Assembly: GCF_004010195.1 (NCBI RefSeq)
Contig: NC_057719.1
Coordinates: forward strand, 87,319,317-87,377,864
Direction: 5' to 3'
DNA: 58,548 bases
DNA from: Chiloscyllium plagiosum
Taxonomy: Eukaryota
Position numbers and translations under genes: made by a program. Under the pieces are notes generated by a model. It saw only the letters and a program-made list of their open reading frames with translations, made no database searches and was not told the origin of the DNA. Shown here in pieces: positions 1 to 12,489 of the stretch; the first letter of the stretch is position 1, and the number at the start of each line of letters is the position of its first letter.

Positions 1-434
1 TCTTTTTCCAACAGTATTGAGAAGTTTGAATGTCGATGTAATTCCAGACCCAATGGGAAGTGCTTGAGGCTGTGGGGGTAGTGCAAGTCCCCAAGATGGA
101 GTTCAGTTACTGTTATTACAACCCACTTGGGAAAGTGCACTGATACTTGAGCCTTCAACCCGTGTCGTCACAGAAGTTAAAGATTTAAACAAAGTCCACA
201 AAATATCCGATTTACCTATCTGGTGAGTCATGTTAGCGGAAAACTCAGTCCAGGTTCCTGTGCTTAATCACTATTTATTATCAATGAGTAAACTTTAACC
301 ACGTGAACTGTCATCATGTGACTCTACTATTTAAAACTCTAACCCCCCATTAAAACGCTGACACTCTCATACAAACAAACAAAAACGGTGTTATGGGTGG
401 AGAGAAACAAAAATTGAGGAAGCACTGCTCAGAA

Positions 435-626
435 TTTAGAATCCCTACAGGGTGGAAACAAGCCCTTTGGCTCAACTCTCGGAACAATAATCCATCCAGA
501 CCCATACTTCTACCCTGTTATCCCACATTTACCCCTGACTAAATGCACCTAACCTACACACCCCTGAACACAATGGGCAATTTAGCTTGGCCAATTCACC
601 TAACCTGCACATCTTTGGATTGTGGG
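435..626 (-). mobile_element. HE1-like SINE 3' fragment
   Basis: Matches the reverse complement of the SINE copies at 17597 and 24466. Confidence 0.75.
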
Positions 627-897
627 ACTATGAGTGTTCGATTGCAGCATTCCGCAGGTTTTGATAAGATGTTAATTTTTCTGCCCAACAGGTTCAGTTC
701 TCCTCCAGATTCCCAGATTTTTGTTTTTGTCAAAGGCACAGGGGCTTTGCACATTCTTTGTTTAGTTTCACAGCTGCTGGCAAATGGTGGGAGAGAGGAG
801 CTGACTGTCTTCTGGGTAGATGCAGTGAGATATAGAGACAGATCCTACTCCTTGTAGGTTGGAAAGTCGCCTGCCCCTTGGTCTTGCGTGTGCACAC

Positions 898-959
898 CCC
901 GCAATCTGCTCAGCCGCCCCGTGACGCCCCGCAATCTGCTCAGCCGCCCCGTGACGCCC
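898..959. repeat. 30-nt direct tandem duplication (cccgcaatctgctcagccgccccgtgacgc) x2
   Basis: Exact duplication. Confidence 0.9.
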
Positions 960-1291
960 ACTACTTGTCCATTACTCAATCAGCTACCCATTGCCAGCCA
1001 AATCCTACTCTGTATCCCCCCCCAGTTTGGTGGTGTGCTGCCTTAGCTCATCCCCCCACAGCTTGAACAAATCAATAATGTAGCACAACTCGCAATGAGT
1101 TCCAGTAACTTGATTTTAAAAGGGCAACCCTTGGTTTCAAGAAAGTCCTTTTCCTGTTTAAGATCGCAGTCAGAAAGACAAATAAATAAAAAGCTGCAGA
1201 GCATTACAGAGCTCGCGGATACCTCGCATCTGTCTCTGGAGCTGCCTATATGCCCTCTTCAATAACCCAGTGTTTTCTCTCCCCCCTGCAG

Positions 1292-1396
1292 AAAATGGCG
1301 TGATTCGCTCACAGCGAGTGTTTGATGCTATGATGGCTACAGACCGGGGACTGTATTGCAGAACTAATCCGTACGCGGATTCTCCACAGTCTATTG
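1292..1396 (+). CDS. pcmtl: PIMT/PCMT-like exon 2 ([36 protein letters not shown])
   Basis: ctgcag| acceptor and |gtgagt donor; 105 nt; translation aligns with PCMT1 NGIIKTDKVFEVMLATDRSHYAKCNPYMDSPQSIG. The paralogue name is inferred from divergence and the SPTBN5 neighbour. Confidence 0.93.
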
Positions 1397-1722
1397 GTGA
1401 GTTTACCTCTGCTTCATAAAGCCCAACTCTTCTTCCAGCAAGTGTTTTCGGGGGGGGGGTGGAAGGGGAGGTTGGGGAGGTGTCAGGAGGTCCTGAATTT
1501 GATGGCTGAGGGTTGAAGTTGGGATTTGACCAGTGCTTAGGTAGGATTTGAGTTGAAGAGCTGACCCTAAACATAATGTCCACAAGACTGATCTGAGGTT
1601 GGAGCTCCCTATTCCTGGAGATCCTTGCTTTGCAGCGTTGTGTGCGTTAGGTTGTTCAGGACTGGACTCTCAAGTATCCTTCACCAGATCTGACATTCAC
1701 TAATGTGGGTAAGATATCAGCA

Positions 1723-1850
1723 GGGTTTACCACGCATGGAAGGGTAACCCAGCGGGGTTTACCACGCATGGAAGGGTAACCCAGCGGGGTTTACCATGCA
1801 TGGAAGGGTAACCCAGCGGGGTTTACCACGCATGGAAGGGTAACCCAGCA
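1723..1850. repeat. 32-nt minisatellite x4 (ggggtttaccacgcatggaagggtaacccagc)
   Basis: Period 32, near-identical units. Confidence 0.92.
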
Positions 1851-1914
1851 GGAGTAAGCCTTTCAACAAGGCGCCGCACGTGTTCAGTCGGGCTTCTGGT
1901 GCAGTGTTAACATG

Positions 1915-2385
1915 GAATCCCAGTGTGGAAACAGGCATTTGGCTTTTTGAGTCCATGCCGACCCTCCGAAGAGCATCCCACCCAGACCCACACCCTGACC
2001 TATCTCTGTAACTGAAAATGTGTTGCTGGAAAAGCGCAGCATCCAAGGAGCAGGAGAATTGACGTTTTGTGCATGAGCCCTTCTTCAGGATGCTGAAGCC
2101 CTTGGATGCTGCGCTTTTCCAGCAACACATTTTCAGCTCTGATCTCCAGCATCTGCAGTCCTCACTTTCTCCTATCTCTGTAACCCTGCATTTGCCATGG
2201 CTAATCCACCTAATATGCACATCTCTGGACATTATGGGCAATTTAGCATGGCCGAACCACCTAACCTTTGGACTATGGGAAGAAATCGGACAGATATAGA
2301 CACTGGGAGGATGTGCAAACTGCGCACAGACCCTGGGTCCTTGGTGCTGTGGGGAGCAGTGCTAACCACTGAGCCACTTTGGCAC
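1915..2385 (-). mobile_element. HE1-like SINE interrupted by a palindromic insert at about 2012-2170
   Basis: SINE similarity on both sides of the insert; duplicated cctatctctgtaac. Confidence 0.75.
2012..2170. mobile_element. Short palindromic Penelope-type insert
   Basis: Perfect 37-bp inverted arms 2012-2048 and 2100-2136; target duplication 1999-2012 and 2171-2184. Confidence 0.7.
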
Positions 2386-3199
2386 CCTAAAATTGAATTC
2401 AAATTCCACCATCTGCAGTGGTGTGATGTAAGCTTGGGTCCCCAGTACATTACCTGGGTCCCTGGATGAACAATTCAGTGATAATACCAGTAATACCAGT
2501 GATAATACCATTGCTTCCTCTTATTGTAGTGTCCTGATCTCTGGCCCAGAAGCTCAGGTCCCCCCTCCCCCCCTCAGGGCTTGATGGTCACAGAAGAAAA
2601 TGTGGTCACAAAAATTGTAGAATTGAAGACTGCAGAGCAATAGGTCATTTAGCCTTCCATCATTTTGCTGGATCTTTGAAAATGCAGTTATATTTGGTCC
2701 TGCATCTCTTTTCATCTGTAACACTAAATTCTCAACCTTCAGGTCTGATTTCCTTTTAACACAATTAATCTAATCAGCTTCCACTACCTTTCCAATTGCA
2801 GCCTTCCAGATCCTGACTACTGTCTGTGGAAAAAAACTCACTCATTTAAAAGCACACGTGCAGACACCAGCAGCAATTGTCTGATTCAATTTGTTACAGT
2901 AGGCACACAGTCTCATTTACTAGTAATACAAATCCAGGGCATTCTTTCTTTACGATTCTTTAATCCACAAAAAAATCATCACTAACTATGTGTGTTTTAG
3001 GAGTGGGGTGGTGGTAATATAACTGAAGTAGTAACTGAGACCCCTAGGCTAATGTCATGGGGACATGATTTCAAGTCCCACCATGGCAGCGGTGAATTCA
3101 AAAATTCTAGAATAAGTAACTACTTGTCATAAAAACCCACCCAGTTCATGAATGTCCTTTAGGGAGAAATCTGCTGGTCTTATCTGCTTTGGCCCACAT

Positions 3200-3985
3200 A
3201 TTGCATTTTGGAAAATCAAATCAAGGTAGGAGTTTTATGGTGAATAGTAGGGCCTGAAGGAGTGTAGTGGAACAGTGGGATCTTGGAGTTCAGGTGTACA
3301 GTTCTGTGAAAGTGGAGTTACAGGTAGACAGGACAGTGAAGAAGGCTTTTGGCACAGTGGTCTTCATCAGTCAGGGCATTGAGTATACACATTGGGAAGT
3401 TATATTGCAGTTACACAGGATGTTGGTGAGGCTGCACTTGGAATATCGTATTCAGTTTTTGTCGTCTTGTTGTTGGAAGGATGTTATTAAACTGGAAAGA
3501 GTGCAGACAAAATTAACAAGGATGTTGTCTGGACTCAATGGTCTGAGTTATAGGGAGAGGTTGGACAAGCTAGGACTCTTTCTTTAGAGTGTAGGAGACT
3601 GAGGGGGGGATTTTATAGAGGTTTATAAGATTATGAGAGGCATGAATTGGGTAAATGCACTCAGTTTTTTTCTCAGGCTTGTGGACTTGAGGGCTAGAGG
3701 GCGTTAATTGAAAGTTAAAGGGGAAAGAATAAAAGGGGACCTGGGGCAGCCTTTTTACACAGAGGGTGGTACGCATATGGAATGAGCTGCCAGCGGACGT
3801 TGTTGAGGTGGCTATATTTACAATATTTAAAAGGTATTTGGACAAATACATGGATAGGAAAGATTTAGCAGAATATTGGCCCAGTGCAGGGAAATGGGGT
3901 TAGCGTGGATGGACATTTTGGTCGGCATGGCCCAGTTTGGGCAAAAGGATCTGTCTCTGTGCTGTAGGACTCTGTGACTGTATAT
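3200..3985 (+). mobile_element. CR1-type LINE 3' fragment (ORF2 C-terminus and tail)
   Basis: DLGVQV...LVRLHLEY.IQF.S....KD..KLERVQ in ORF 3267..3587. Confidence 0.88.
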
Positions 3986-5049
3986 GACTGCAGACCCACA
4001 GCTTGACCCTTAACTGCTTTCTGGACAATAAATACTGGTCTTCCCAGCAAACAGCCCAGAACAAATAACAAAAAAGTGTGTTGTAATGCAGCCAAAAAGG
4101 TGGTAAGCCTTTTTGATGTGTTTATTGCAGGCGGTAAGAGTAGGCGAGTTTCCCAGTCAGTCATAACTGAGTGATAGATGCAGCATAACAACCTCCTTAC
4201 ATTAAGAGATTCCAAGTGCAGGTCCTTGTCATGCTCTCCCCCCCCCCCCACCCTTGCATCTCCGACTTCTTAACAGTTAACTCCGTCCTCTCCTGTTCAG
4301 CTCCTAATCTAACTCTGTACAGTCCCAGTGTTCTTTGCTTAAATAGAATTGATAGCTACAATCAGATCAAACCTTTTTCTTGTTTATCCAGAGAGTTTGG
4401 GCTTTGCTGGCTGGGCCAGCATTTCATTGCTCATCCCTTTTTGCCTTGGGGTTGGTATTGGAGAGCTGCCTTTTGATCCACTGAAGTCCCTGGGTGTAGG
4501 GGCACTCATGGCACTGTTAGGGAGGCAGTTTCAATCCAGCACCAGTGAAGGAACAGTAGTATAGTTCCAGTTCACAATGTTCCCACATATCTGCTGCTTT
4601 TCTAGTGGAGGGTGTGTGTTTGGAAGGTGTTGTCAGAAAAGTCATGGTGAGTTATCACAGTTACTGAAATACGTACACAACAGTCTGACTTCACTTCCAG
4701 TCTGTCAGGTTGTGTTATATTCATTTATAGTCTGTGTGTGTGTGTCTTTACAGTTATTCTGTGGTTTCTCCTCTTCAGGGTGTGTGCATATTTACATCAA
4801 GATTGAAACGCATGTTTCTCAGGATATGTTTGCAGTCAAACTGTAGTTTCTGCCCTTGAGGCTGTATAAATATTTACATGCAGATTGCAGCTGTTCCCCA
4901 CAGTGCAGTCAGAATGTAGTTACCGTCCCTCAGATTGTGTGTATATTGGCAGTCAGACTGCTGAACCTGCCCCTCTGAGTTAATGTTAACACTCAGAGTG
5001 TAGTTTCAGTGCCTCAATTACCATCAGGTTGCAGTTCCTGTTCCTTAGG

Positions 5050-5760
5050 TTGACCATAAGACACAGGAGCAGAAGTAGGCCATTCAGCCCATCAAGTCTG
5101 CTCTGCCATTCATGACTGATCTGACAATTGTCAACTCCACTTTCTTGCCTATTCTCTACAAGGCTTGATTCCCTCACTGATTAAAAATCTGCATATCTCA
5201 ACCTTGAATATGCTTAATGAATCAGCCTCAACAGCACTCCACGGTAAAGAATTCCACAGATTCAACCATCCTCTGAAAGAAGAAATCTCTCCTCATCTCT
5301 GTCCTAAATGGGCAACCCCTTATTCTGAGATGATGCCCTCTGATCGTAGACTCTCCCATGAGGGAAAACGATCTTTCCACCTCTACCCTCTCAACATACA
5401 AGATTCTGAGAGAAGTTTCAATAAGGTCACTTCTCAATTTTGTAAATTCCAATTAGTGCAAGTCCAACCTACTCAACCTTCCCTCAAGAAAATCCCTCTA
5501 CATCCAGGATCAACCCAGTGAATTTTCTTTGGATTGCCTTCAATAGCAATATATCTTTCCTTAAAAAAGGAGACAAAGCTGTTCAGTGTTCCAGCTGTGG
5601 TCAAACTAGTACCATTATATTTTTAGCAAGATTTCCCTATTTTTATGCATTATTTTCTTTTGTAAAAAAGACCAAAATTGCATTTGCCTTCCTTATTCCT
5701 TGCCTAACATGGATGCTCGCTTTTTGTGACCCCCAAATCCTTCTGTGCTGCAGCCTTCTG
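5050..5760 (-). mobile_element. CR1-type LINE 3' fragment
   Basis: LRSDLIE...RGHHLRIRG.PFRTEMRR.FF in ORF 5228..5452. Confidence 0.85.
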
Positions 5761-6046
5761 CACTCTCCCCTGTTTGTGTGTGTAAGTGTATACACACACA
5801 ATCAGATTATAGTTTCTGTCCCTTAAGGTCTGTGTGTATATATTTGTAGTTGACTTGTAGTTCCTGTGTATATATTTTGAATCAAGTTGCTTTTTTTTTG
5901 GGGGTGACTGCAATCATGTCATTGCTTTGTAAGACGCAGGATGTGTGTCAATGTGTGTGTGTGTGTGTGTGTGTATATTGCATCTACAAGCACTTATTCT
6001 CATTTATGTAATTATTGTAACCTTTGCTGTTTTTCATCTTCTGTAG

Positions 6047-6078
6047 GTTATCAGGCCACCATTAGTGCACCTCACATG
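6047..6078 (+). CDS. pcmtl: PIMT-like exon 3 (GYQATISAPHM)
   Basis: ctgtag| and |gtaagt; 32-nt exon encoding the conserved TISAPHM motif; phase matches exon 2. Confidence 0.95.
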
Positions 6079-6369
6079 GTAAGTGGTGTGCAATTTGTAC
6101 TACTGTGTGCTGAATGAGGCTAATTGTGTTTTTAAAGTAACTTGCAAAAAAAAGGGCAAAGGTGATGCGTGAGAAAGCTTTTTTCCTCAGTGACCAGTTA
6201 GGGTATAGAATATTCTGACCGGATGGAGGTTCAGTTAAGGTTTTCGAGGGCATTGGGTGGTTATTTGGATTAGACGTGCTGTGCAGTGGAATGGGGAAAA
6301 GCAAGAGATTGGCACAAGGTAAATGCCAGGCAATGATCCTCGCCAACTAGCCATTGCTGTTTGGCTATC

Positions 6370-7000
6370 AGAGTCATTAGCATCACTGAATTCCTCACTA
6401 TCAACATCGTGTGGGTTACCGTTGACAAGAAACTAAACTGGGAAGCCATATGAATATATTAATATTGCGGCTACAAGTGCAAGTCGTAGTTTGGGAATCC
6501 TGCATTTCTTGACTCCCCTAAGCCTGTCCACCAATTGCAAGTGAGAAGTGTACGGAATGCTGTTCACTTCCCTCGATGAATGTAGCTCCAGCAACATACA
6601 AGAAACTCAGTACCATCCAGGACAAGGCAGCCTGCTTGATTGGCACCCATCCACCATCTTCAACCTTCACTTCTTCACCGCTGGCATACTTTAATAGCAG
6701 TGCGTGCAATATACAAGGTGAACTGCAACATCTCACCATGGCTCCTTTGGCAATGGCACCATCTAAACACATAACCACATCCATCTAGAAGGACAAGGGA
6801 GCAGATACATGGGAGCACCGCTCCCTGCAAGTTCCCTCCAAGTCTCTTACCATCCTGACTTGGAAATATGTTGCCTGTCCTTCAGTGTTGCTGGGTTAAA
6901 ATCCAGCTACCTTTCCAAAAGCAGTGTTGGTGTAAACACAGTGATTAAAGAAGGTAGCTCACTACCACCTTCTAATGACCAATTACACCCATCTCCCATA
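6370..7000 (+). mobile_element. LINE 3' fragment of a second family (CR1/L2 clade)
   Basis: Homologous to 27480-28370 (LxTIQDKAACLI motif). Confidence 0.65.
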
Positions 7001-7549
7001 GAAGAAGAAGGAGAAACATGTACAATTCACAGGGAATAGAAAGGATTTTTTTTTAAACTGAATGGTCAGTAGGGAGCACAGCCAGTGTGAAGGAGACCAT
7101 CTGAGTGAGAGAAAGGCCCAGTAAGTGAACTAGAAACTTGTCTCAAGTAGGAACTTGTGCACATGGGACTAGAGGGGTTTTAACTAGTGTCTACTGCAAG
7201 AAGTGAACTCTATCAAGAGGAAGGTGAGTGGAGGAGGATAAAAAGTGACCTGCAGATGTCACCGTGTGCAGAGAGAGGAGTGAAGCTAGTGAATATTTCT
7301 GGTCTTTAAATGAAAAATCAGGTCTCCGGTTTGTGCTTAGGTCTCTGATATTATTATTCTATCTTTTCTTAAAACTGGCTGCTGTTACTGTTTAATAAAA
7401 GACATCATTACAGTAAATTGTAAAGAGCAAGTAATGAAATGCAATTAATTTATGAAATAAATCAAATTAAATAGTGATGACAGGATAAATAATTATTGCT
7501 GCTGGACACCAACGTGATTCAGAAGGAGCACACCGACAGTCAGTGTTTG

Positions 7550-8760
7550 CAGCTGGAGTAACTTTGAATCTGAATGGTGAAGCTGGACTCTGAACTGCAG
7601 ACAATGTACCACCCGGGGGAAGGGAAATTTACTTTGGTCACCTCAAACTAGAGGGTGGTCACACCAGGTAACTTAAAATTGGTTTGAGATTAGGGACACG
7701 AAGGTGTGACCACCAGTGAGGTAGGTATAAGGACAGAAGGGGTTGCAGTTGAGAAACATTATCTGCTGAAATTGTCCAACAGTTACGAGGTTCTTGTAAA
7801 CAGTGCAGACAAAAATGAGGGCTACTGGGAGAATGAGCAAACTGACCACGGCACCTTGGTGCAGGGAGGCTTTAAAGTGGTTGGAGATTGTAGTTGTGAT
7901 CGGGAACAGTCTAATAAGGGGAATAGATACTCATCTCTTCAGCAGGGAATAGGATTCCTGAAGGATGTGTTGCCTTCCCAGTGTCAGGATTAAGGACATC
8001 TCCCTGGGGCTGGAGAAGATCTCTGAGATGGAAGGGATGGATCCAATAGTCGTTATCGACGTGTGTACCAATGACATTGGCAGGCTGAGAAATGAGGTAT
8101 TGCTGCAAGAGTTTAAACAGGAGCTAAATTATAAACGCAGAATCTCCAAAGTAATAAACTCTGGATTACTATCTAAGCCATGGGCAAACTGGCAAACGGT
8201 GAATAAAGTCGTGGAGTTAAATATGTGCCTCAAGGATTAGTGTGAGTGGACTGGCTTTTGGTTCATGGAGCATTGGCAGCAGTACTAGGGTAGAATGGAG
8301 CTGCTCTGGTCAGATGGGCTTTGCTTGATTTGTGCTGGAACCATGTCCTGGTGAATTGACTAACTAGGACTGTGGAGAGGGTTTTAAACTAGTCAAATAG
8401 AGGGGGAAGGGTTTGAGAGAGGGGAAATGTGGACTCACAAATCAAGAGGATATGGAAGCATTACAGAGCAGTTATTTGGATAATGATGCCCAGTGTGGGA
8501 CTGGAACTGACAAAGGTAGAAAGTATTCTATAGGCCTCCTAACAGTAGCTGTATGGTGGTACGAAGAACAAATCAGGAGATACAGAGGGCATTTTAAAAA
8601 GGCAGATCATTAATCTTGGTGACTTTAATCTTCATGTAGATTGCAACAATCAGACAGGCAGAGGTAGGCATGAGGAGGAATTTGTAAGATATTCAGGACA
8701 ACTTCCTAGAACAGTATGTTGAAGATTCAATTCAGGATCACATAATGTTGGATCTGATGA
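7550..8760 (+). mobile_element. Decayed CR1 5' region: ORF1 SGNH-esterase-like domain plus endonuclease remnant
   Basis: CCLPSVRIKDI...VVIDVCTNDIGR...KVINSGLL...VELNMCLKD; GDFN-like motif near 8620. Confidence 0.8.
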
Positions 8761-9034
8761 TGAGTATGAGATTGGGAGGAGCTTGACCAGTTGCTCTGAT
8801 GGGATTTGAACCCACGTCCTCAGAACATTAACTTGGGCTTCTGGATTACAGGTCCAGTAACGTCGCTGCCTTTCTTCAGACTTCTGTCTTGATTCCTGTC
8901 CTCCACAATGCCTGAACAGCCCTCCGTGATGTACAGGAATACTGAATGGTATGCCTGACTGTCTTCCCCAGATGGACTCTGGTGACAGGCAGCTAGGGAA
9001 TTTGTGGTTAGTCTGGATGGCCTTTGAATATTTA

Positions 9035-9466
9035 GAGTTATAAATATGTACAGCATGGAAACAGACCCTTTGGTCCATGCTGACCAGATATCCTAATCTA
9101 ATCTAGTCCCACTTGCCAGCACCCAGCTCTATCCCTCCAAACCCTTCCTATTCATATACCCATCCAGCTGCCTTTTAAATGCTGCAATTGTACCAGCCGC
9201 CTCCACTTCTACTGACAGCTTATTCCATACATTTACCACCCTCTGTGTGAAAAGGTTGCCCCTTAGGTCGTTTTAAATCTTTGCCCTCTCACCCTAAACC
9301 TATGCCCTCCAGTTTTGGATTCCTTCACCTCAGAGAAAAGACCTTGCCTATTTTCCTATTCATGCTCCTTATGATTTATCAACCTCTATAAGGTCTCAGC
9401 CTCTGACAATCCAGGTAAAACAGCCTCAGCCTCTCCCTATAGCTCAACTCCTCCAACACTGGCAGC
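9035..9466 (-). mobile_element. CR1 3' end fragment
   Basis: Reverse complement of the CR1 tail seen at 46800-47110. Confidence 0.85.
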
Positions 9467-9567
9467 ATCTATTTATTGTGTGGTTGTGTTTTCTGAAGAA
9501 TGATGGTGTGTCAGGGAGTTTAGCCAATGCTTCACTTGCCTAAGCCACTGACAGGATGCGCAGGACA

Positions 9568-9571
<4 letters not shown>

Positions 9572-9606
<35 letters not shown>

Positions 9607-9613
9607 TGTGTGT
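9572..9613. repeat. (TG)n microsatellite
   Basis: Direct reading; others at about 5954-5974, 11703-11726 and degenerate 41937-42140. Confidence 0.95.
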
Positions 9614-9689
9614 GGACTCCCTTTGTAGGTACCGAACTTGACCCTTGCTGCATAAGAGAGCATCGACCTGTCATCGAGAGTGGCCATTA

Positions 9690-11580
9690 AGGTCACCTCC
9701 CAAGACCGGGACAGTACATGGGTAAATACAGAGTAAAGCCCTTTCTACTCTGTTTAAAGTGGAAGTAAACTGAAAGTGAAGCTGCCTTGAAACTGCAACA
9801 AAAAATACGGTGCTGGAAAAGCACAGCAAATCAGACAGCATCCAAGGGGCAGGAGAATCGACATTTCGGGCATAAGCCCATACTTTTTGGCTCTGATCTC
9901 TAGCATCTGCAGTCCTCACTTTCCCTTGAAACTGCCCCAATCAAATACATCTAGCTTAGAGACAGCACAGGATTAGATACAGAGGGAAGATTTCCCTACT
10001 GTTCTAAACTGAAAGTCAACCACCCTTGTCCCTGCCCCCATCAAACCCTCTTAGGACTGGAACAGCATGGAACATGAGATGCAATTAAATGAAGCGTAAA
10101 ACCACATCTATTCTTTTAAACTGAAAATAAAGCTCCTTGACTCTTAAAAGTTCCCTGACACTGTTGCCATCAAATGCCTTTAGGACAGAGACAACACAGG
10201 GTTAAATACAGAGTAAAGTTACTTCCACTCCTTTAAACTGAAAGTAAAGGTCTTTTCCCTGGGTGGGGGTGTCCAAAACTAGAGAACTTTTAGGGTGAGA
10301 GGGCAAAGATTTAAAACAGACTTAAGGGGCAACTTTTTCACGCAGAAGATGGTGCATGCATGGAATGAGCTGCCAGAAGAGTGGAGGAGGCTGGTACGAT
10401 TCCAACATTTAAAAGGCATCTGGATGGGTATATGAATAGGAAGGGTTTAGAGGGATGTGGGCCAAATGCTGGCAAATGTGACAGGATTCATATAGGATAT
10501 AGGTCAGCATGGGTGAGTTGGACTGAAGGATCTCTTTCCAGGCTGTATCTCTCTATGACTCTATAAAGCTCTCTCCACTCTTGCCTTAAAACAGAAAATA
10601 AAGTTCCCTTGATATCCCCATCAAACACTGTTAAGACATGGACAGCAAGGGTTAGATACAGAGTAAAGCTCTCTCTAGACTGTCCCCATCAAACACTCCC
10701 AGGATCAGTACAGCACAAGATTCACAGCAAAATGCACTCTTCACTGACCCTATCAAAAGCTGAATGGTAAGTATAGCGCTGGGTTAGAAAGAGAATAAAG
10801 CTCTATCTATTCTTTTAAACTGAAAGCAATGTTTCATTTGTTTTTGATGAACTGAAAGTAAAGTTTGTTGCACTCTATCTCCATCAAACACTCCCAGCAC
10901 AGGAACTGCACTGGGTTAGAGACAGAGAAAATCCCACTTTACACTTCTAAACTGAAAATGAATCTCCTTCAACATTGTTCCCAAGACAGGGACAGCATGA
11001 GGTTAGATATAGAATAAGACGCTTCATACTCTTTTAAATTTGAATTAAAGCTCCTCAACACTCTTCCACTCAGGACTGGGACAGCAGGGGTTCGATGGAC
11101 AGTAAAGCTCTCTCTACTGTTTAAACTGAAAAGAAACCTACTCAACCTTTTTATATTGAAAGTAAAGTTCCTTCTCTTTTGAACTAAAACTAGTTTCCTT
11201 GACACTGTCCGTAACAAACACGCCGAAGGGAGCGACAGTGCAGGGTTATGTATAGAATAAAGCACCCTCAATTAAAGAGAAAGTGAAGTCCTCTCCACAC
11301 TGTCCTCATCAGACACTCCCAGGACATGGTTAGATACAGCGTAAGGCTCCCTCTATTCTTTTAAATGTAAGGTAGAGCTCTCTGTACAGTATCCCCATCA
11401 AACATTTCAGGACCAGTACAGCATGGGTTACATACAAAGTAAAGGTACCGGTACTCATTTTAAAGAGAAAGCATTGCTCCCTACATTGTTTTAAACTAAA
11501 GGTAAAGTATCCTCTACATACTCCCTATCAAACACTCTCAGGACAGGGTTTAGATATAGAGTAAAGCTCTTTCTACACTC
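9690..11580. repeat. Degenerate satellite of about 65 nt (acactcccaggacagggacagcatgggttagatacagagtaaagctctctctacactgtccccatcaa) with ttttaaactgaaagtaaag subunits; interrupted by inserts at 9797-9923 and 10249-10565
   Basis: Recurring ggttagatacagagtaaagct and ccatcaaacac motifs; related patches at 24140-24370 (+) and 30300-30600 (-). Confidence 0.8.
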
Positions 11581-11854
11581 CTAACCTGACAAGCTCCTAA
11601 TGCTGCATCAGTTGACGATGAGAATCATAGTCAGTGTTGATGAGATGGTAGGATACTGATGAGCACCCTGAGTCAGTCAGAAAGGCGTGTGCTGTGTATG
11701 TATGTGTGTGTGTGTGTGTGTGTGTGGAGCCAGCACCTCCCCATCAGCCCGCTGTCATTTGTTTTAGAGTTGTATTATTGTACCTGTGTAACCAGGCTTG
11801 GCCAATCTGCACTAAGCTTGTTGCTGAATTTCTCGTGTTTCTGTTCATTTCCAG

Positions 11855-11959
11855 CACGCACATGCACTGGAATGTCTGAAGAATCATCTGCAAGAAGGGG
11901 CTCGAGCACTGGATGTGGGCTCTGGAAGTGGCTACCTGACTGTCTGCATGGCTAGAATG
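11855..11959 (+). CDS. pcmtl: PIMT-like exon 4 (HAHALECLKNHLQEGARALDVGSGSGYLTVCMARM)
   Basis: tttccag| and |gtgagt; SAM-binding motif I LDVGSGSG. Confidence 0.96.
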
Positions 11960-12256
11960 GTGAGTGAGAGGTGCAGGGTCACTGCTCAATGGATACACCA
12001 GGTGAGGAGCAGGGGCTTGCTCAGCTGCACCCTATTGGAATTGTAGCCTTTCATACTGGGCTGACAACCTGCAACCTCTACAGGCACAGCAGATACATGG
12101 GAGCACCACCAACCCTGCAAGTCATTCAGCACTCTGGTTTGGAAATATACGGATTTGCTGGAGGTGGTGGGGGGATGGAGGGGAGGAATGCGTGGTGGGG
12201 GGAATAATTGGGATCTGTGTTTATTACTGCACACTCCTCCTGCTCTCCGTTCACAG

Positions 12257-12377
12257 ATGGGAGCCACAGGGGTAGTGGTTGGAATCGACCACATCCCAGA
12301 ACTAGTGGAACAATCCGTTCGCAACGTGGAGTCAGATAATGCCACGTTGCTCAGCTCAGGCCGCGTCACACTGATTG
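12257..12377 (+). CDS. pcmtl: PIMT-like exon 5 ([40 protein letters not shown])
   Basis: tcacag| and |gtacgt; matches PCMT1 VIGIDHIKELV...LLSSGRVQLV. Confidence 0.95.
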
Positions 12378-12489
12378 GTACGTGATGGGGGTTGGGCGGG
12401 GGGTGGGGAGGTTTGGTGGTGGGCACATGCACATGTGTGAAACGGGAAAGAAATGGGAGAGAGAGAGGAAATAGCCATGAATCTGTGCT

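Noticed and set aside
1..1290. PIMT exon 1 / start codon
   Set aside because: No MAW..G..H..L-like coding segment found; exon 1 must lie upstream of the window
7706..8240. Host esterase/lipase gene
   Set aside because: Frameshifted CR1 ORF1 SGNH-like domain with no splice structure
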